This document shows, one piece after another, positions 1 through 8,440 of a stretch of DNA of 26,424 bases. The stretch's first letter is position 1, and each line of letters opens with the position of its first letter. The translations under genes were made by a program, and so were the position numbers. Origin of the DNA: a virus; the IMG/VR virus record IMGVR_UViG_3300049215_000481, positions 142,857-169,280 of that record. One strand, written 5' to 3'. The notes below the pieces were generated by a model that was not told where the DNA came from, did no database searches, and saw only the letters and a list, made by a program, of their open reading frames with translations.

Positions 1-669
1 GTGCCGGCGCCCGCCGGGCTCGAATCGCTCGGCGACCTCATGTCGATCATGCGCACGATGCCGGTCGAGCCGGTTCTGACCTGCAACCCGGAGTCGCCGC
101 ACTGCACGTTCGTCCACCGCCTGTCCGGAGAGGTTACCGTCGACTCCGTCAACTCCACCATCAGGTGGCTCAACGCTGTCGGCCAAACGAAGGCCGAGTT
201 CGCGATGCTGGAGATCAACTCGGCCGGCGGGTCCTTCGAGGGCGGAGTGGAGCTGGCGCGCGCCATCGAGATCTCGCACGCGAAGGTGGTGTGCGTGGTC
301 GACGGCCAGGCAGCCTCGGCCGCGTTCTACATCCTCCAGGCGTGTGACATCCGAGTGATGACCAAGCGCTCGTCTCTGACCACGCACGACCCGTTCACGA
401 TGTTCGTGGGCGCCCAGCGGATGACCCGCCAGGAGGCGCTGAACGAGGCGGAGGACCTCCGCGTCACGACCCGCCGGTTCACCGAGCACGTCCTCAGGCG
501 GATGAAAGTGACCTACAAGCAGTACCGCGCCCGCGTCTCCAACGGCCGCGACTGGCACATGGACTGGGAGGACGCCAAGCGCTTCGGGGCGGTCGACGTC
601 GTCTCGCCGCTCATCGCCAACCAGGTATTCGGACAGCTCCGCACGCTCGGCGGGGTCCTGCAAGAGTAG
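1..669 (+). CDS. ClpP-like serine protease (peptidase S14/S49 clan); probably starts upstream of the window
   Basis: INSAGGS (cf. ClpP INSPGGS), AASAA catalytic Ser motif, SSLTTHDP (cf. IMIHQP), DWHMDWEDAKRFGAVD (cf. D.wmsaeEA..yGlvD). Confidence 0.85.
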   Translation: MPAPAGLESLGDLMSIMRTMPVEPVLTCNPESPHCTFVHRLSGEVTVDSVNSTIRWLNAVGQTKAEFAMLEINSAGGSFEGGVELARAIEISHAKVVCVVDGQAASAAFYILQACDIRVMTKRSSLTTHDPFTMFVGAQRMTRQEALNEAEDLRVTTRRFTEHVLRRMKVTYKQYRARVSNGRDWHMDWEDAKRFGAVDVVSPLIANQVFGQLRTLGGVLQE

Positions 670-677
670 CCGCCGCT

Positions 678-686
678 CGCAATCTT
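678..686 (+). promoter_or_regulatory. class B (putative late) promoter motif CGCAATCTT
   Basis: 6 nt upstream of GTG 693; same motif and spacing at 12318, 16181, 24680. Confidence 0.7.
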
Positions 687-692
687 GAGAGG

Positions 693-2858
693 GTGAAGCT
701 CAAGCAGACTGGCCACGGTTTCGAAGCACGAGTCACTCTTCCCATCGTTCAGGGTGTGCCGAGTGTTGCGCCCCCGCTCGACGACTCGGGTGAAGCCCCC
801 GCAGTGTGGGATTCGTCGGGCCGGCAGGTTCTCGTCTTCGACCTGCTGACATCGACATGGTGCACGCTCGCCGGTGGCGGCGGTTCTGGGACCATCACGA
901 CCGCGAGTCCGCTGAAGGGTAACGGCAGCGCGGGCAGCCCGGTCACGCTCGACCCCACGAAGCTGGCCGGCGGTCTCTTCGTCAACAGTTCGAATGTTCT
1001 GTCTGCGGCCATCGCAGCAGATTGGCCGGTGGCCACCCCCCGATACTATGCGGTCGACGCGGCGACGGGTAGCGACTCCAACGCAGGGTACTCAGATGTC
1101 AGCGCGGCTGACGCGTGGACGAAGCCCAAGGCCACCATTGCGGCTCTAGCTGCCATCATCCCGAAGAATGGCGCCGGTCGCACGATCGGCATCATGATCG
1201 GTGTCGGTACGTACACCGACGACCTCTCGCTGCTCTGCACTGGCACCAGCGGTTACACCGTCATGTGCATCCGTGGCACGTCGACGGTAGCTACGGCTGG
1301 TGCCACCGCCGGCAACTGGGACGCCAACGACGTCATCGGATCGGGCGCCATCACGGCGACAGGCATGAACGCCAGCGGCTACAATCCGACGGGCACGCCG
1401 ACCACCTCCACCGTACAGTGCCTCAAGGTCGGCGGAGCCGCGCCAGGCTTCGCTTCTGAACCGGCCCTGCCATGCGGTGCCCGTATCCGGTTCGACTCGA
1501 ATACCGCCACGGCGGCCCTCAGAAACATCTGCCGCACCATCGTTCGTGTATCTGGCGGCGACACTCTCTACCCCGCTTCGGCGTTCCCGGCGGTTCCTAC
1601 AGCTTCCGACGTCTTCTACATCGAGATGCCGGGCGTCAACGCGCCGTTGAACCCGTTCGTACACGGTAACGGCTCGCTGCGGTTCCTGGGCCTGAATGTC
1701 AACGGTGGCAACGTGGTGGCTGGCGGCGTCAACCAGACGAACACTAGCTCCTTCTCGTTCTGCTTCTTCTCGCCTGGCGTCTCGAACAACGGCGCCGGGT
1801 ACATCGCGCTCCTCCTCAACTCGCTCGCTTTCAGCTCGGTGGCCAACCAGTCGATTGGCGGGTGCCGTCTCGCCGGTCTCTTCACGATGGCTGGCGCAGC
1901 GATGAACATGCAGGGCAATGTCGTTGTTGGTCTAGCGACGTTCAAGTCGATGACGACCATGAACATGCAGCAAGAGTTTTTCGCCGGTGGCCTTCGCATT
2001 GAGGGTGGCGCCATGGCGATGGGCGACATCAACTCCGCATCCAACGTCACGATCGGCAACATCAACGGTGCCAGCCAAGGCGGATTCCCGACGCGGGTTC
2101 TCAAGTCGGGCGGCATTGGGTTGCAGTTGATCGGTGTCCGCGGCCAACTCGCGTCGATCGCCGTCGTGAGCGGGTGCTCGATCGGCGTCTCGGTGGAGGG
2201 CATCTGCGAGTTGCAGAACATGGCGCAGGTGTTCGGCAACAACGGCGCCATCATCAACGAGTCGGGCACGTGCACCGACATCGGCATCCAGTTCAACGCC
2301 ACTAATACCGCAGTGGGCTCGGTCTTCGGCCAAGGCTCTACCAACTCGTCGACGGTGACGGGAGCCAACGGCGATATCCGTCTGGCCAACGGCAAAATCA
2401 TCACCTGGACGCAGCTCAATGCCACGGGCATCGCTGACCGTCGCGGCAACCGCCTCATTGGCCCGATGCCCCCGACCTGGGTATTGCCGCTGTCGGGCTT
2501 CATCCTCGGTAGCGCCGGAGCAACCACGTCCTACATGGCCAACACGGGCCCGAACGCTGGTGGCGCGAACCTAGGAGCGTGTGAGTTCCCGACGAGCATG
2601 CGTCTGGTCTCTCGACTGCGCTTCAAGCCGGAGTCGAACACCTTCGCGACCAACGTCGTCGCCACGCTCTACAAGAACGGCGTGGCAACCGCCTTGACGG
2701 TGACGATCCCCGCGGGCTCGACGGCCGTGGTCTCCGACACGACGGCAGCTCACGAGGTCCTGTTCGCCGACGGCGACTTGCTGGCGGTCGTTCTCTCGAA
2801 CGCGGGCGACAACGGCAAGACGCTGACCGGCATGTGCGTCCTCGAAGGTCCGTCGTAA
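693..2858 (+). CDS. putative tail fibre/receptor-binding protein with beta-helix region
   Basis: 721 aa, G/A/T/N/S-rich; YYAVDAATGSDSNAG...KPKATIAAL resembles the entry motif of pectin-lyase-like beta-helices; behind a class B motif. Confidence 0.6.
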   Translation: MKLKQTGHGFEARVTLPIVQGVPSVAPPLDDSGEAPAVWDSSGRQVLVFDLLTSTWCTLAGGGGSGTITTASPLKGNGSAGSPVTLDPTKLAGGLFVNSSNVLSAAIAADWPVATPRYYAVDAATGSDSNAGYSDVSAADAWTKPKATIAALAAIIPKNGAGRTIGIMIGVGTYTDDLSLLCTGTSGYTVMCIRGTSTVATAGATAGNWDANDVIGSGAITATGMNASGYNPTGTPTTSTVQCLKVGGAAPGFASEPALPCGARIRFDSNTATAALRNICRTIVRVSGGDTLYPASAFPAVPTASDVFYIEMPGVNAPLNPFVHGNGSLRFLGLNVNGGNVVAGGVNQTNTSSFSFCFFSPGVSNNGAGYIALLLNSLAFSSVANQSIGGCRLAGLFTMAGAAMNMQGNVVVGLATFKSMTTMNMQQEFFAGGLRIEGGAMAMGDINSASNVTIGNINGASQGGFPTRVLKSGGIGLQLIGVRGQLASIAVVSGCSIGVSVEGICELQNMAQVFGNNGAIINESGTCTDIGIQFNATNTAVGSVFGQGSTNSSTVTGANGDIRLANGKIITWTQLNATGIADRRGNRLIGPMPPTWVLPLSGFILGSAGATTSYMANTGPNAGGANLGACEFPTSMRLVSRLRFKPESNTFATNVVATLYKNGVATALTVTIPAGSTAVVSDTTAAHEVLFADGDLLAVVLSNAGDNGKTLTGMCVLEGPS

Positions 2859-2877
2859 GTCGCCGAGCACTTTTTCA

Positions 2878-3116
2878 ATGAAGCTCAAGCAGTCGGGGCG
2901 CGGTTACGAAGCTGTCGTGACCGTGCCTGTCTTGCGTGGTGTGCCCAGCAAGTCGTAGCTTGGGACAGGGCTAGTGGTAGTTGGCGCACAGCTCCATCGC
3001 ATCCCCTGTCGCACAACGGTGGGTTCTCGGTCTCGTTCGCCTCGATGGGCAGCCAGGGGTATCCGCTTACTCCCGGGACGCTGACTCCACGCCTTGGTGC
3101 CGTGACGGTCGGCTAG
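2878..3116 (+). pseudogene. truncated, frame-broken paralogue of the N-terminus of the 693..2858 protein
   Basis: ATG 2878 gives MKLKQSGRGYEAVVTVPVLRGVPS (16/24 identical to MKLKQTGHGFEARVTLPIVQGVPS), stop 2956-2958; the -1 frame continues QVVAWDRASGSWRT (cf. QVLVFDLLTSTWCT) to TAG 3114-3116. Confidence 0.6.
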
Positions 3117-3547
3117 GCCGAGCCCCAGGGGAGCTGGGGCGCTACCACCCTCATCACAGCCCTGGCGCGCTCTCGCGCGCCGGGTTCGTTCCACATCCTG
3201 TTGAGTCCGCTCGGGTGTGGCAGCGTGACGAGCGCGATGGCCCGCCCCTCCTCCATGATGTCGACCTGGTAGAACTCTGGGCCGTTGAATGCGTCTCGAA
3301 CTTTCGCACCCAGCAGTACGGCGACGTCGAACCTGCTGTTGATGAGCTTCACGGTCTCGCGCGCCGCATTCATCGACCACTTGCCGTAGCAGAGGTTGAC
3401 CTTCGCGATCTTCTCGTACTCGACGTCTGAGAGCCCGAGGTGCTCCCGCAGGCGGTTGCCGGAGGCGTGCCGCGGGAGGTGGTAGAGCGCGAAGCGCGGG
3501 TCCTGCCCGTACGGGTTCAGCTCACCGACGATGACCAGCTTGCTCAC
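3113..3547 (-). CDS. small uracil-DNA glycosylase superfamily-like protein
   Basis: GTG 3547 overlaps the upstream TGA (GTGA); IVGELNPYG (motif A-like) and LPHPSGLNRMWN (motif B HPS). Confidence 0.65.
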   Translation of the reverse strand: MSKLVIVGELNPYGQDPRFALYHLPRHASGNRLREHLGLSDVEYEKIAKVNLCYGKWSMNAARETVKLINSRFDVAVLLGAKVRDAFNGPEFYQVDIMEEGRAIALVTLPHPSGLNRMWNEPGARERARAVMRVVAPQLPWGSA

Positions 3548-4227
3548 GAGTCCCAGCTCCTGATCTCCTCGCCCTTCACTCCGTAGTCCTCGTTGAAGAC
3601 CCAGCGGTCCTTGTTCGCGTCGTCCGGGTCGATCTTCCAGAAGCCCCACGGCTTGCCGCTGATCCAGCCGACCACCCACGTCCAGGTCGGGCCGTGCAGC
3701 GTCAGCATGTGCGTGTGCCCCACCTTGTTCTCCAGCACGTCCCCTTCGTGGGTGATGACGAGCTTGTGGGTGCCGTAGAACTTCCGGAACTGCGTGTTCA
3801 GCGGGAAGTAGACGAACTCGTCGTAGCCGCCGCGGAGGATCTTCGTCTTGAAAGGCCCCGGGTGGTCGTGCGGGTCGCGGCCCTTGTCGTCCTGCGCGAT
3901 GAAGTGCAGGAACCGCGGGCGGAACCAGGGCGTCTTCGGCGTCATGAAGAAGCGCCGCAGGTAGAGGTCCTTCTTCTCGTCGAGGATGTCGAGGTGCGGC
4001 CAGAGCGCGGTGAACGCCGTCATGAACCAGTCGATCCGCACTCGGAACAGCAGGAACAGCACCGGCGAGATGCACACAGAGAGCGCCGTCTTGAGTGCTG
4101 CCCAGGCGATGCGGACAGCCCTGTACCGGCGCCGCAGCCAGATGAAGGCGTCGATGACCAGCAGGCCGACGCCGACGCTGATGCCGAAGTAGATGATGAC
4201 CGAGAGCGTTAACGCGAGGGGTTCCAT
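3544..4227 (-). CDS. membrane-anchored cupin-like protein
   Basis: ATG 4227 with AGGAAAGGA leader; two hydrophobic N-terminal segments, then FLH...PHDHP...ILRGGYDE...HML...PWGFW metal-binding cupin-like pattern. Confidence 0.6.
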   Translation of the reverse strand: MEPLALTLSVIIYFGISVGVGLLVIDAFIWLRRRYRAVRIAWAALKTALSVCISPVLFLLFRVRIDWFMTAFTALWPHLDILDEKKDLYLRRFFMTPKTPWFRPRFLHFIAQDDKGRDPHDHPGPFKTKILRGGYDEFVYFPLNTQFRKFYGTHKLVITHEGDVLENKVGHTHMLTLHGPTWTWVVGWISGKPWGFWKIDPDDANKDRWVFNEDYGVKGEEIRSWDS

Positions 4228-4397
4228 GTTCTTCCTTTCCTGGAAGCCCCATAGCGAATGTCTCTCTGGCCCAGTGCGTCCCACGTCGCGCTGAACGCGG
4301 CGGGCAGTCGGCGCACGGCGGCCCCTACTGCTGCGGCCACCGTCGCAGCCGCGATGACTGGCGAGGCGATCAGGAACAGCTTCTGGTCGCGCGTCAT
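4209..4397 (-). CDS. small hypothetical membrane protein
   Basis: ATGA-coupled to the SLT stop; MTRDQKLFLIASPVIAAATVAAAVGAAV hydrophobic; 3' end overlaps the next gene, so uncertain. Confidence 0.45.
   Translation of the reverse strand: MTRDQKLFLIASPVIAAATVAAAVGAAVRRLPAAFSATWDALGQRDIRYGASRKGRTWNPSR
4251..4258 (-). promoter_or_regulatory. class A promoter motif TTCGCTAT
   Basis: followed by 9 nt, then a 14-nt purine-rich leader (AGGAAAGGAAGAAC) and ATG 4227. Confidence 0.65.
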
Positions 4398-4840
4398 GTC
4401 GACGCCATCTCCAGGTGCGTCATCAGCGCGCGGTACAGCTTCATGACGTGCTGGGCGTACGGACGCAGCCGGCCCTTGCAGTTGCCCTTGTTGTAGCCAT
4501 GCAGCGTCCGCGGCTTCGTCTTGCAGGCCGTGGCCATCGTAGCCAGGTACGCCACGCCGATGTGCACGTTCGCGGACGGGTCCAGCAGGACGCGGCGCCT
4601 GAACCCCTTGCCGGCGCCGGTCGTCCGGAGCTGCATGAGCCCCAGGTCCTTCCTGTCGTGGCTGACCGCGCAGGCGTCGAACTCGGACTCGTTGGCGATG
4701 ATGGCGGCGACGAGGAACGGGTCCTGGTTGTTCTGCTGCGCCTCGAACTCGATCACGTTGGCGAGGTAGTCCGCGTCCACGCACTTGGGGCCTTGCCCGT
4801 GCGTGAAGTAGAGGATCGCCAGGACGAGGAGGTGGTGCAC
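4394..4840 (-). CDS. lytic transglycosylase (SLT domain) with hydrophobic N-terminus
   Basis: AIIANES (catalytic Glu), GLMQL, LLDPSANVHIGVAYL, YNKG; AGGAG SD. Confidence 0.88.
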   Translation of the reverse strand: MHHLLVLAILYFTHGQGPKCVDADYLANVIEFEAQQNNQDPFLVAAIIANESEFDACAVSHDRKDLGLMQLRTTGAGKGFRRRVLLDPSANVHIGVAYLATMATACKTKPRTLHGYNKGNCKGRLRPYAQHVMKLYRALMTHLEMAST

Positions 4841-4849
4841 GACGGGCTC

Positions 4850-5152
4850 CTAGATCCCCGTCTCCAGCAGCTTCGCCGCAGCCATCGCCATGTAGCGCGC
4901 GTCGTTCGGGTTGTCGATCTTCTTCCGCGCGATGCAGTAGATCAGCGCCGCTTCCAGCGACTCGTGGGAGCTGTGCAGGTCGTTGTGCTTGTGGTACGCG
5001 TGGAAGAGGGTCCGCTGCGGGAAGCTGAGCACCTTGCGGTCGAGGTACTCGACGACGGTGAAGTCTCCGACCGTGTGGAGCTTGAGGATCTGCCCCCAGG
5101 TGAAGAGGTCGGGGCGCTCTTTGATGGTGACGAGGTCTGTCGTGGTGTTCAT
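4850..5152 (-). CDS. hypothetical protein (100 aa)
   Basis: ATG 5152 lies 9 nt after a class A motif; GC3-rich codons. Confidence 0.75.
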   Translation of the reverse strand: MNTTTDLVTIKERPDLFTWGQILKLHTVGDFTVVEYLDRKVLSFPQRTLFHAYHKHNDLHSSHESLEAALIYCIARKKIDNPNDARYMAMAAAKLLETGI

Positions 5153-5161
5153 GAAGAGCTG

Positions 5162-5169
5162 ATAGCGAA
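5162..5169 (-). promoter_or_regulatory. class A promoter motif TTCGCTAT
   Basis: 9 nt to ATG 5152. Confidence 0.75.
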
Positions 5170-5183
5170 TCAGCCCTCGCGCT

Positions 5184-5522
5184 TCATCGGGAGGGTTCCA
5201 GGCACTCGACGTCTTTGACGGCCTTGACGCCTGCGTACAGGACTCGGGGGTGCGGTGGCGCCTTCGACAGGGCCAGCCACGCAAGCTCCTCGGAGTACAT
5301 GTCGTCGCCGTAGAGGTCCCAGAAGTAGCCCTGCCTCGGCCCGTGCGAGTACCGCAGAAATGAGCCGTGCCAGCACACGACCGTCGTGGGCTTCGTGTCC
5401 GGATGCGGGTACGGCGGCATGTAGCCGACGATGACCTCCGCGTCTCGTCGCCACGGGTGCGCCTCGACATCGAGGAACACCTCCAGAAGACCAGAGACCG
5501 TCAGCTTCGATGAAGGGTTCAC
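5184..5522 (-). CDS. hypothetical protein (112 aa)
   Basis: GC3-rich ORF in a tightly packed minus-strand operon. Confidence 0.7.
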   Translation of the reverse strand: MNPSSKLTVSGLLEVFLDVEAHPWRRDAEVIVGYMPPYPHPDTKPTTVVCWHGSFLRYSHGPRQGYFWDLYGDDMYSEELAWLALSKAPPHPRVLYAGVKAVKDVECLEPSR

Positions 5523-5523
5523 G

Positions 5524-5634
5524 TCAGCCCTTCACGCACAAGACCTGCTTCAGCTCGGCGACGACCTCGTGGATGGGCGTCCAGAGGTGGATGTCCTTGC
5601 GCCCGTCCTTGCCGGTCAGCTTCGAGATCGACAT
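5524..5634 (-). CDS. small hypothetical protein (36 aa), not in the ORF track
   Basis: MSISKLTGKDGRKDIHLWTPIHEVVAELKQVLCVKG fills the gap with 1-nt spacing on both sides. Confidence 0.6.
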   Translation of the reverse strand: MSISKLTGKDGRKDIHLWTPIHEVVAELKQVLCVKG

Positions 5635-5635
5635 G

Positions 5636-5959
5636 TCACTTCACCCAGGTGGTTTCGATGTTGAGGTTCTCGATGGGCACCTCGTGGAAGTAGATGGTGC
5701 CCGACGCCATCCGCAGGTCGGCGGTGACGCCCAGGAGGTCGGCGAGCTTGCCGAGGCTGCCGATGTCGATGGAGTCGTTCTGGAAGCGGGCGACGACGAG
5801 GATGCGGTCGCCGTTGGTGCCTGGCTGGACGTTGCACGTGTCGACGGGCCCAGACACCTTGTAGAGGAGCTTCGCGAACTGGTTGGACAGCTCCTTGTAG
5901 TCGTCGGCGTCCAGCTTCCGCCGCAGCTTGAACGTCGCTGTGAGCGCCTCGCGAGCCAT
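5636..5959 (-). CDS. hypothetical protein (107 aa)
   Basis: ATG 5959 TGATG-coupled to the methylase stop; MAREALTATFKLRRK... Confidence 0.7.
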   Translation of the reverse strand: MAREALTATFKLRRKLDADDYKELSNQFAKLLYKVSGPVDTCNVQPGTNGDRILVVARFQNDSIDIGSLGKLADLLGVTADLRMASGTIYFHEVPIENLNIETTWVK

Positions 5960-6657
5960 CAGCGCACGCTCCCGAGCACTTCGAAGAACTCCTTGAAGCG
6001 ACTCGCGCGGTGGCCGTAGTAGACGAGGGCCGTGGCCATCGGCGCCGGCCCCTTCACGTTGCCGAGGAATTGGAGGCGCCCGCGGATGAAGCAGCGCGCA
6101 GCCGCGCCGGGGAAGATGATCTTCTGCCAGTGCCCGGTGTCCGTCGCCGCCGGCAGGAGCTGGATGTTCTCGCACCCGTCCTGCTCGGCCGTCGCCAGGC
6201 ACTTGAAGGTCCAGTCGGCGATGGTCGTCGACTTGAAGCGCGCGGCGTAGACGTCCGAGATGAGGACCTCTCCCACGTCGTTCGGCTCACCGCCGAGATC
6301 CTGCGCCACAGCTCCCGCCCCGCGGCACGTCTCGACCAGGCTCTTCCAGCCCTTTCGCCCGGCGGTCCACTCCTTCTGAGAGAAGACCACCTTCAGGTCG
6401 TCCCGCAGGAAGCAGCGGCCGAACGGGGAGTTGATGTAGACCCGAGTCCCGCGACCCTTGATGTTCCAGGGCGCCACGAGACCGTCGGTCTCCGGAAGCT
6501 TGTACTCCACCGTCGCCTTGACGACGGAGCCGTCGTTCGAGCAGGGGTCGAGGTCGATCTCGCCCCCGAAGAACGCGCGGACGGTGTCCACGACCTTGCT
6601 CGGAGTGCCCCAGTGGACGCTCTCTCCGGCGTCGTTGTGCGTGCCTTTGTTCGCCAT
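5959..6657 (-). CDS. phage Dam-type DNA N6-adenine methyltransferase
   Basis: WGTP, IDLDPCS, VYINSPF (NPPY/F variant), LLPAATDTGHWQ, FIRGRLQF. Confidence 0.82.
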   Translation of the reverse strand: MANKGTHNDAGESVHWGTPSKVVDTVRAFFGGEIDLDPCSNDGSVVKATVEYKLPETDGLVAPWNIKGRGTRVYINSPFGRCFLRDDLKVVFSQKEWTAGRKGWKSLVETCRGAGAVAQDLGGEPNDVGEVLISDVYAARFKSTTIADWTFKCLATAEQDGCENIQLLPAATDTGHWQKIIFPGAAARCFIRGRLQFLGNVKGPAPMATALVYYGHRASRFKEFFEVLGSVR

Positions 6658-6666
6658 GGAGAGCGG

Positions 6667-6674
6667 ATAGCGAA
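6667..6674 (-). promoter_or_regulatory. class A promoter motif TTCGCTAT
   Basis: 9 nt to ATG 6657. Confidence 0.75.
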
Positions 6675-6675
6675 T

Positions 6676-7065
6676 CTAGGCAGGGAGGTCGGCGTACTGC
6701 AGGACGTCAGCGAAGTAGCGCAGAGCATCCGCTACTCGCCGTCGGCGCTGCACATCCGACCACCGGTCCTCGTTGTCGCTCGCGTGTGAGATGGAGCTGA
6801 GCGCTGCGTGGACGTGCTCCGGGACGTCGTCGATCTTCATCTCCAGCGCGGCGGCGAATGCCCCGATGTTCGAGATGAAGGTGCCGTCCCCGAGGCGGCT
6901 CAAGAGGTGAGCCCTCTCAAGGACGGCGCCGAAGGCGCACACCGCCTCTCCGTCCTGGCAGACCATGAACCTGCCGTGCGGGTAGCGTCGGCGACTCTTT
7001 AGGAGGCTGGCCGCCTCCTTGCGAGCAGCCTCGATGATGACCTGTCGAGCCTGTTGGCGATCCAT
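6676..7065 (-). CDS. hypothetical protein (129 aa)
   Basis: ATG 9 nt after a class A motif; contains a CAFGAV motif. Confidence 0.75.
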   Translation of the reverse strand: MDRQQARQVIIEAARKEAASLLKSRRRYPHGRFMVCQDGEAVCAFGAVLERAHLLSRLGDGTFISNIGAFAAALEMKIDDVPEHVHAALSSISHASDNEDRWSDVQRRRRVADALRYFADVLQYADLPA

Positions 7066-7074
7066 GAAGGCTGC

Positions 7075-7082
7075 ATAGCGAA
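7075..7082 (-). promoter_or_regulatory. class A promoter motif TTCGCTAT (left of a divergent pair)
   Basis: 9 nt to ATG 7065. Confidence 0.75.
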
Positions 7083-7091
7083 TTGCGCCAA

Positions 7092-7099
7092 ATCGCTAT
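7092..7099 (+). promoter_or_regulatory. class A promoter motif ATCGCTAT (right of a divergent pair)
   Basis: 9 nt to ATG 7109. Confidence 0.75.
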
Positions 7100-7108
7100 T
7101 CACGCCTC

Positions 7109-8413
7109 ATGGTCGGAATCCTCGCGTACGTCGCGACTCACAAGTTCGTCATCGCCACCAGCGCCATCGTCGCCGCCCTCGCGCCCTACTTCTGGCGCGG
7201 CGTCCGCTGGGGCCTGAAGGGGCTCCTCGGCTGGCTCTTCATCAAGAGGAGCGTCGACGGCACCTGGACCGCTGATGTCCTCCTCCGCTACCTGAACGCG
7301 AAGGCCAAGTCGTTCGGACTGAAGGACGACATGTACCACGCAGAGCGCGAGCACGTGAAGAGCGACAACGGCGACCTGCACACCGTCTTCTACTTGCAGG
7401 CCAGCAGCTCGTACCGCCTCTTCCTCTACAAGGGCTCCCTCATCTTCCTCACGCCGGCCCACCACGACGACGGAAACACGATCCCCGCCAACTTCAGGTT
7501 CCTGCGGGGCACCGTCGACTGGACGAGGCTCCTCCTGGACGCTGCCGACTTCCACGACGAGGTCCACAAGCAGAACGAGAAGTCGAGCCGGAACTTCAAG
7601 ATCGTCCACCACATCGGCTACACGCAGGAGACCGAGACCGACGGGCCGAAGGCGACGATGGGGACCACCGAGGGTGGGAAGGGCTCGATGATCCCGATCG
7701 GCTGGCCGCCCGAAGACCTCGGCCTCCCGACGCCCGACGACCCGATCGACACGCTCGCCCTGAGCCCCGGGATGGCGCGCGTCTTCAAGAGCGTCAGGTT
7801 CTGGCGCTCGCACAAGGAGTGGTACCGCGAGCGCGCCCTCCCCTGGCGTCGCGGCTTCCTGCTCTACGGTCGGCCGGGCAACGGCAAGACCTCGCTCGTG
7901 CGCGCGGTGGCCGAGTACCTCGACATCCCCGTGCACGTCCTCCACATCGCGACGATGGACGCCGAGGACTTCGAGAAGGCGTGGAAGGAGACGAAGGGGG
8001 CGAGCGCCCGCATCGTGCTGCTGGAGGACTTCGACGCCGTCTTCCACGGCCGCGAGAACGTCATCAAGGAGTCGGACCTGACGTTCGACTTCATCCTGAA
8101 CACCCTCGACGGCATCGAGCGCGAGGACGGCCTCCTGCTCTTCGTCACCACCAACGACGTGTCGAAGATCGACCCGGCGCTTGGGGCGCCCACCGGCGAG
8201 GACGGGCGCTCGACACGTCCCGGTCGCATCGACGAGGCGATCTTCGTGCCCGACATCGACTTCGAGGGGCGCCTCAAGCTCGCTCGCCGCATCGTCCGCA
8301 ACGAGGAGGACTCGCAGAAGCTCGCGCTCGAAGGCGAGGGCGACTCGGCCGTGCAGTTCCAGGAGCGCTGCCGCCAGTTCGCCGAGGACCAGCTCTGGTC
8401 TGAATCGCTATAG
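7109..8413 (+). CDS. membrane-anchored AAA+ ATPase, BCS1-like
   Basis: N-terminal hydrophobic helix; WYRERALPWRRGFLLYGRPGNGKTS (Walker A in BCS1-type context), IVLLEDFD (Walker B), TTND...DPAL...RPGRID (SRH). Confidence 0.85.
   Translation: MVGILAYVATHKFVIATSAIVAALAPYFWRGVRWGLKGLLGWLFIKRSVDGTWTADVLLRYLNAKAKSFGLKDDMYHAEREHVKSDNGDLHTVFYLQASSSYRLFLYKGSLIFLTPAHHDDGNTIPANFRFLRGTVDWTRLLLDAADFHDEVHKQNEKSSRNFKIVHHIGYTQETETDGPKATMGTTEGGKGSMIPIGWPPEDLGLPTPDDPIDTLALSPGMARVFKSVRFWRSHKEWYRERALPWRRGFLLYGRPGNGKTSLVRAVAEYLDIPVHVLHIATMDAEDFEKAWKETKGASARIVLLEDFDAVFHGRENVIKESDLTFDFILNTLDGIEREDGLLLFVTTNDVSKIDPALGAPTGEDGRSTRPGRIDEAIFVPDIDFEGRLKLARRIVRNEEDSQKLALEGEGDSAVQFQERCRQFAEDQLWSESL
8404..8411 (+). promoter_or_regulatory. 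class A promoter motif ATCGCTAT
   Basis: 9 nt to ATG 8421. Confidence 0.7.
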
Positions 8414-8440
8414 GCCCCACATGTCCCTCGAAGACTTCTC

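Noticed and set aside
693-3116. Diversity-generating retroelement or invertible fibre cassette
   Set aside because: No reverse transcriptase, recombinase, adenine-specific TR/VR pair or inverted repeats were seen; the duplication is N-terminal and diverged.
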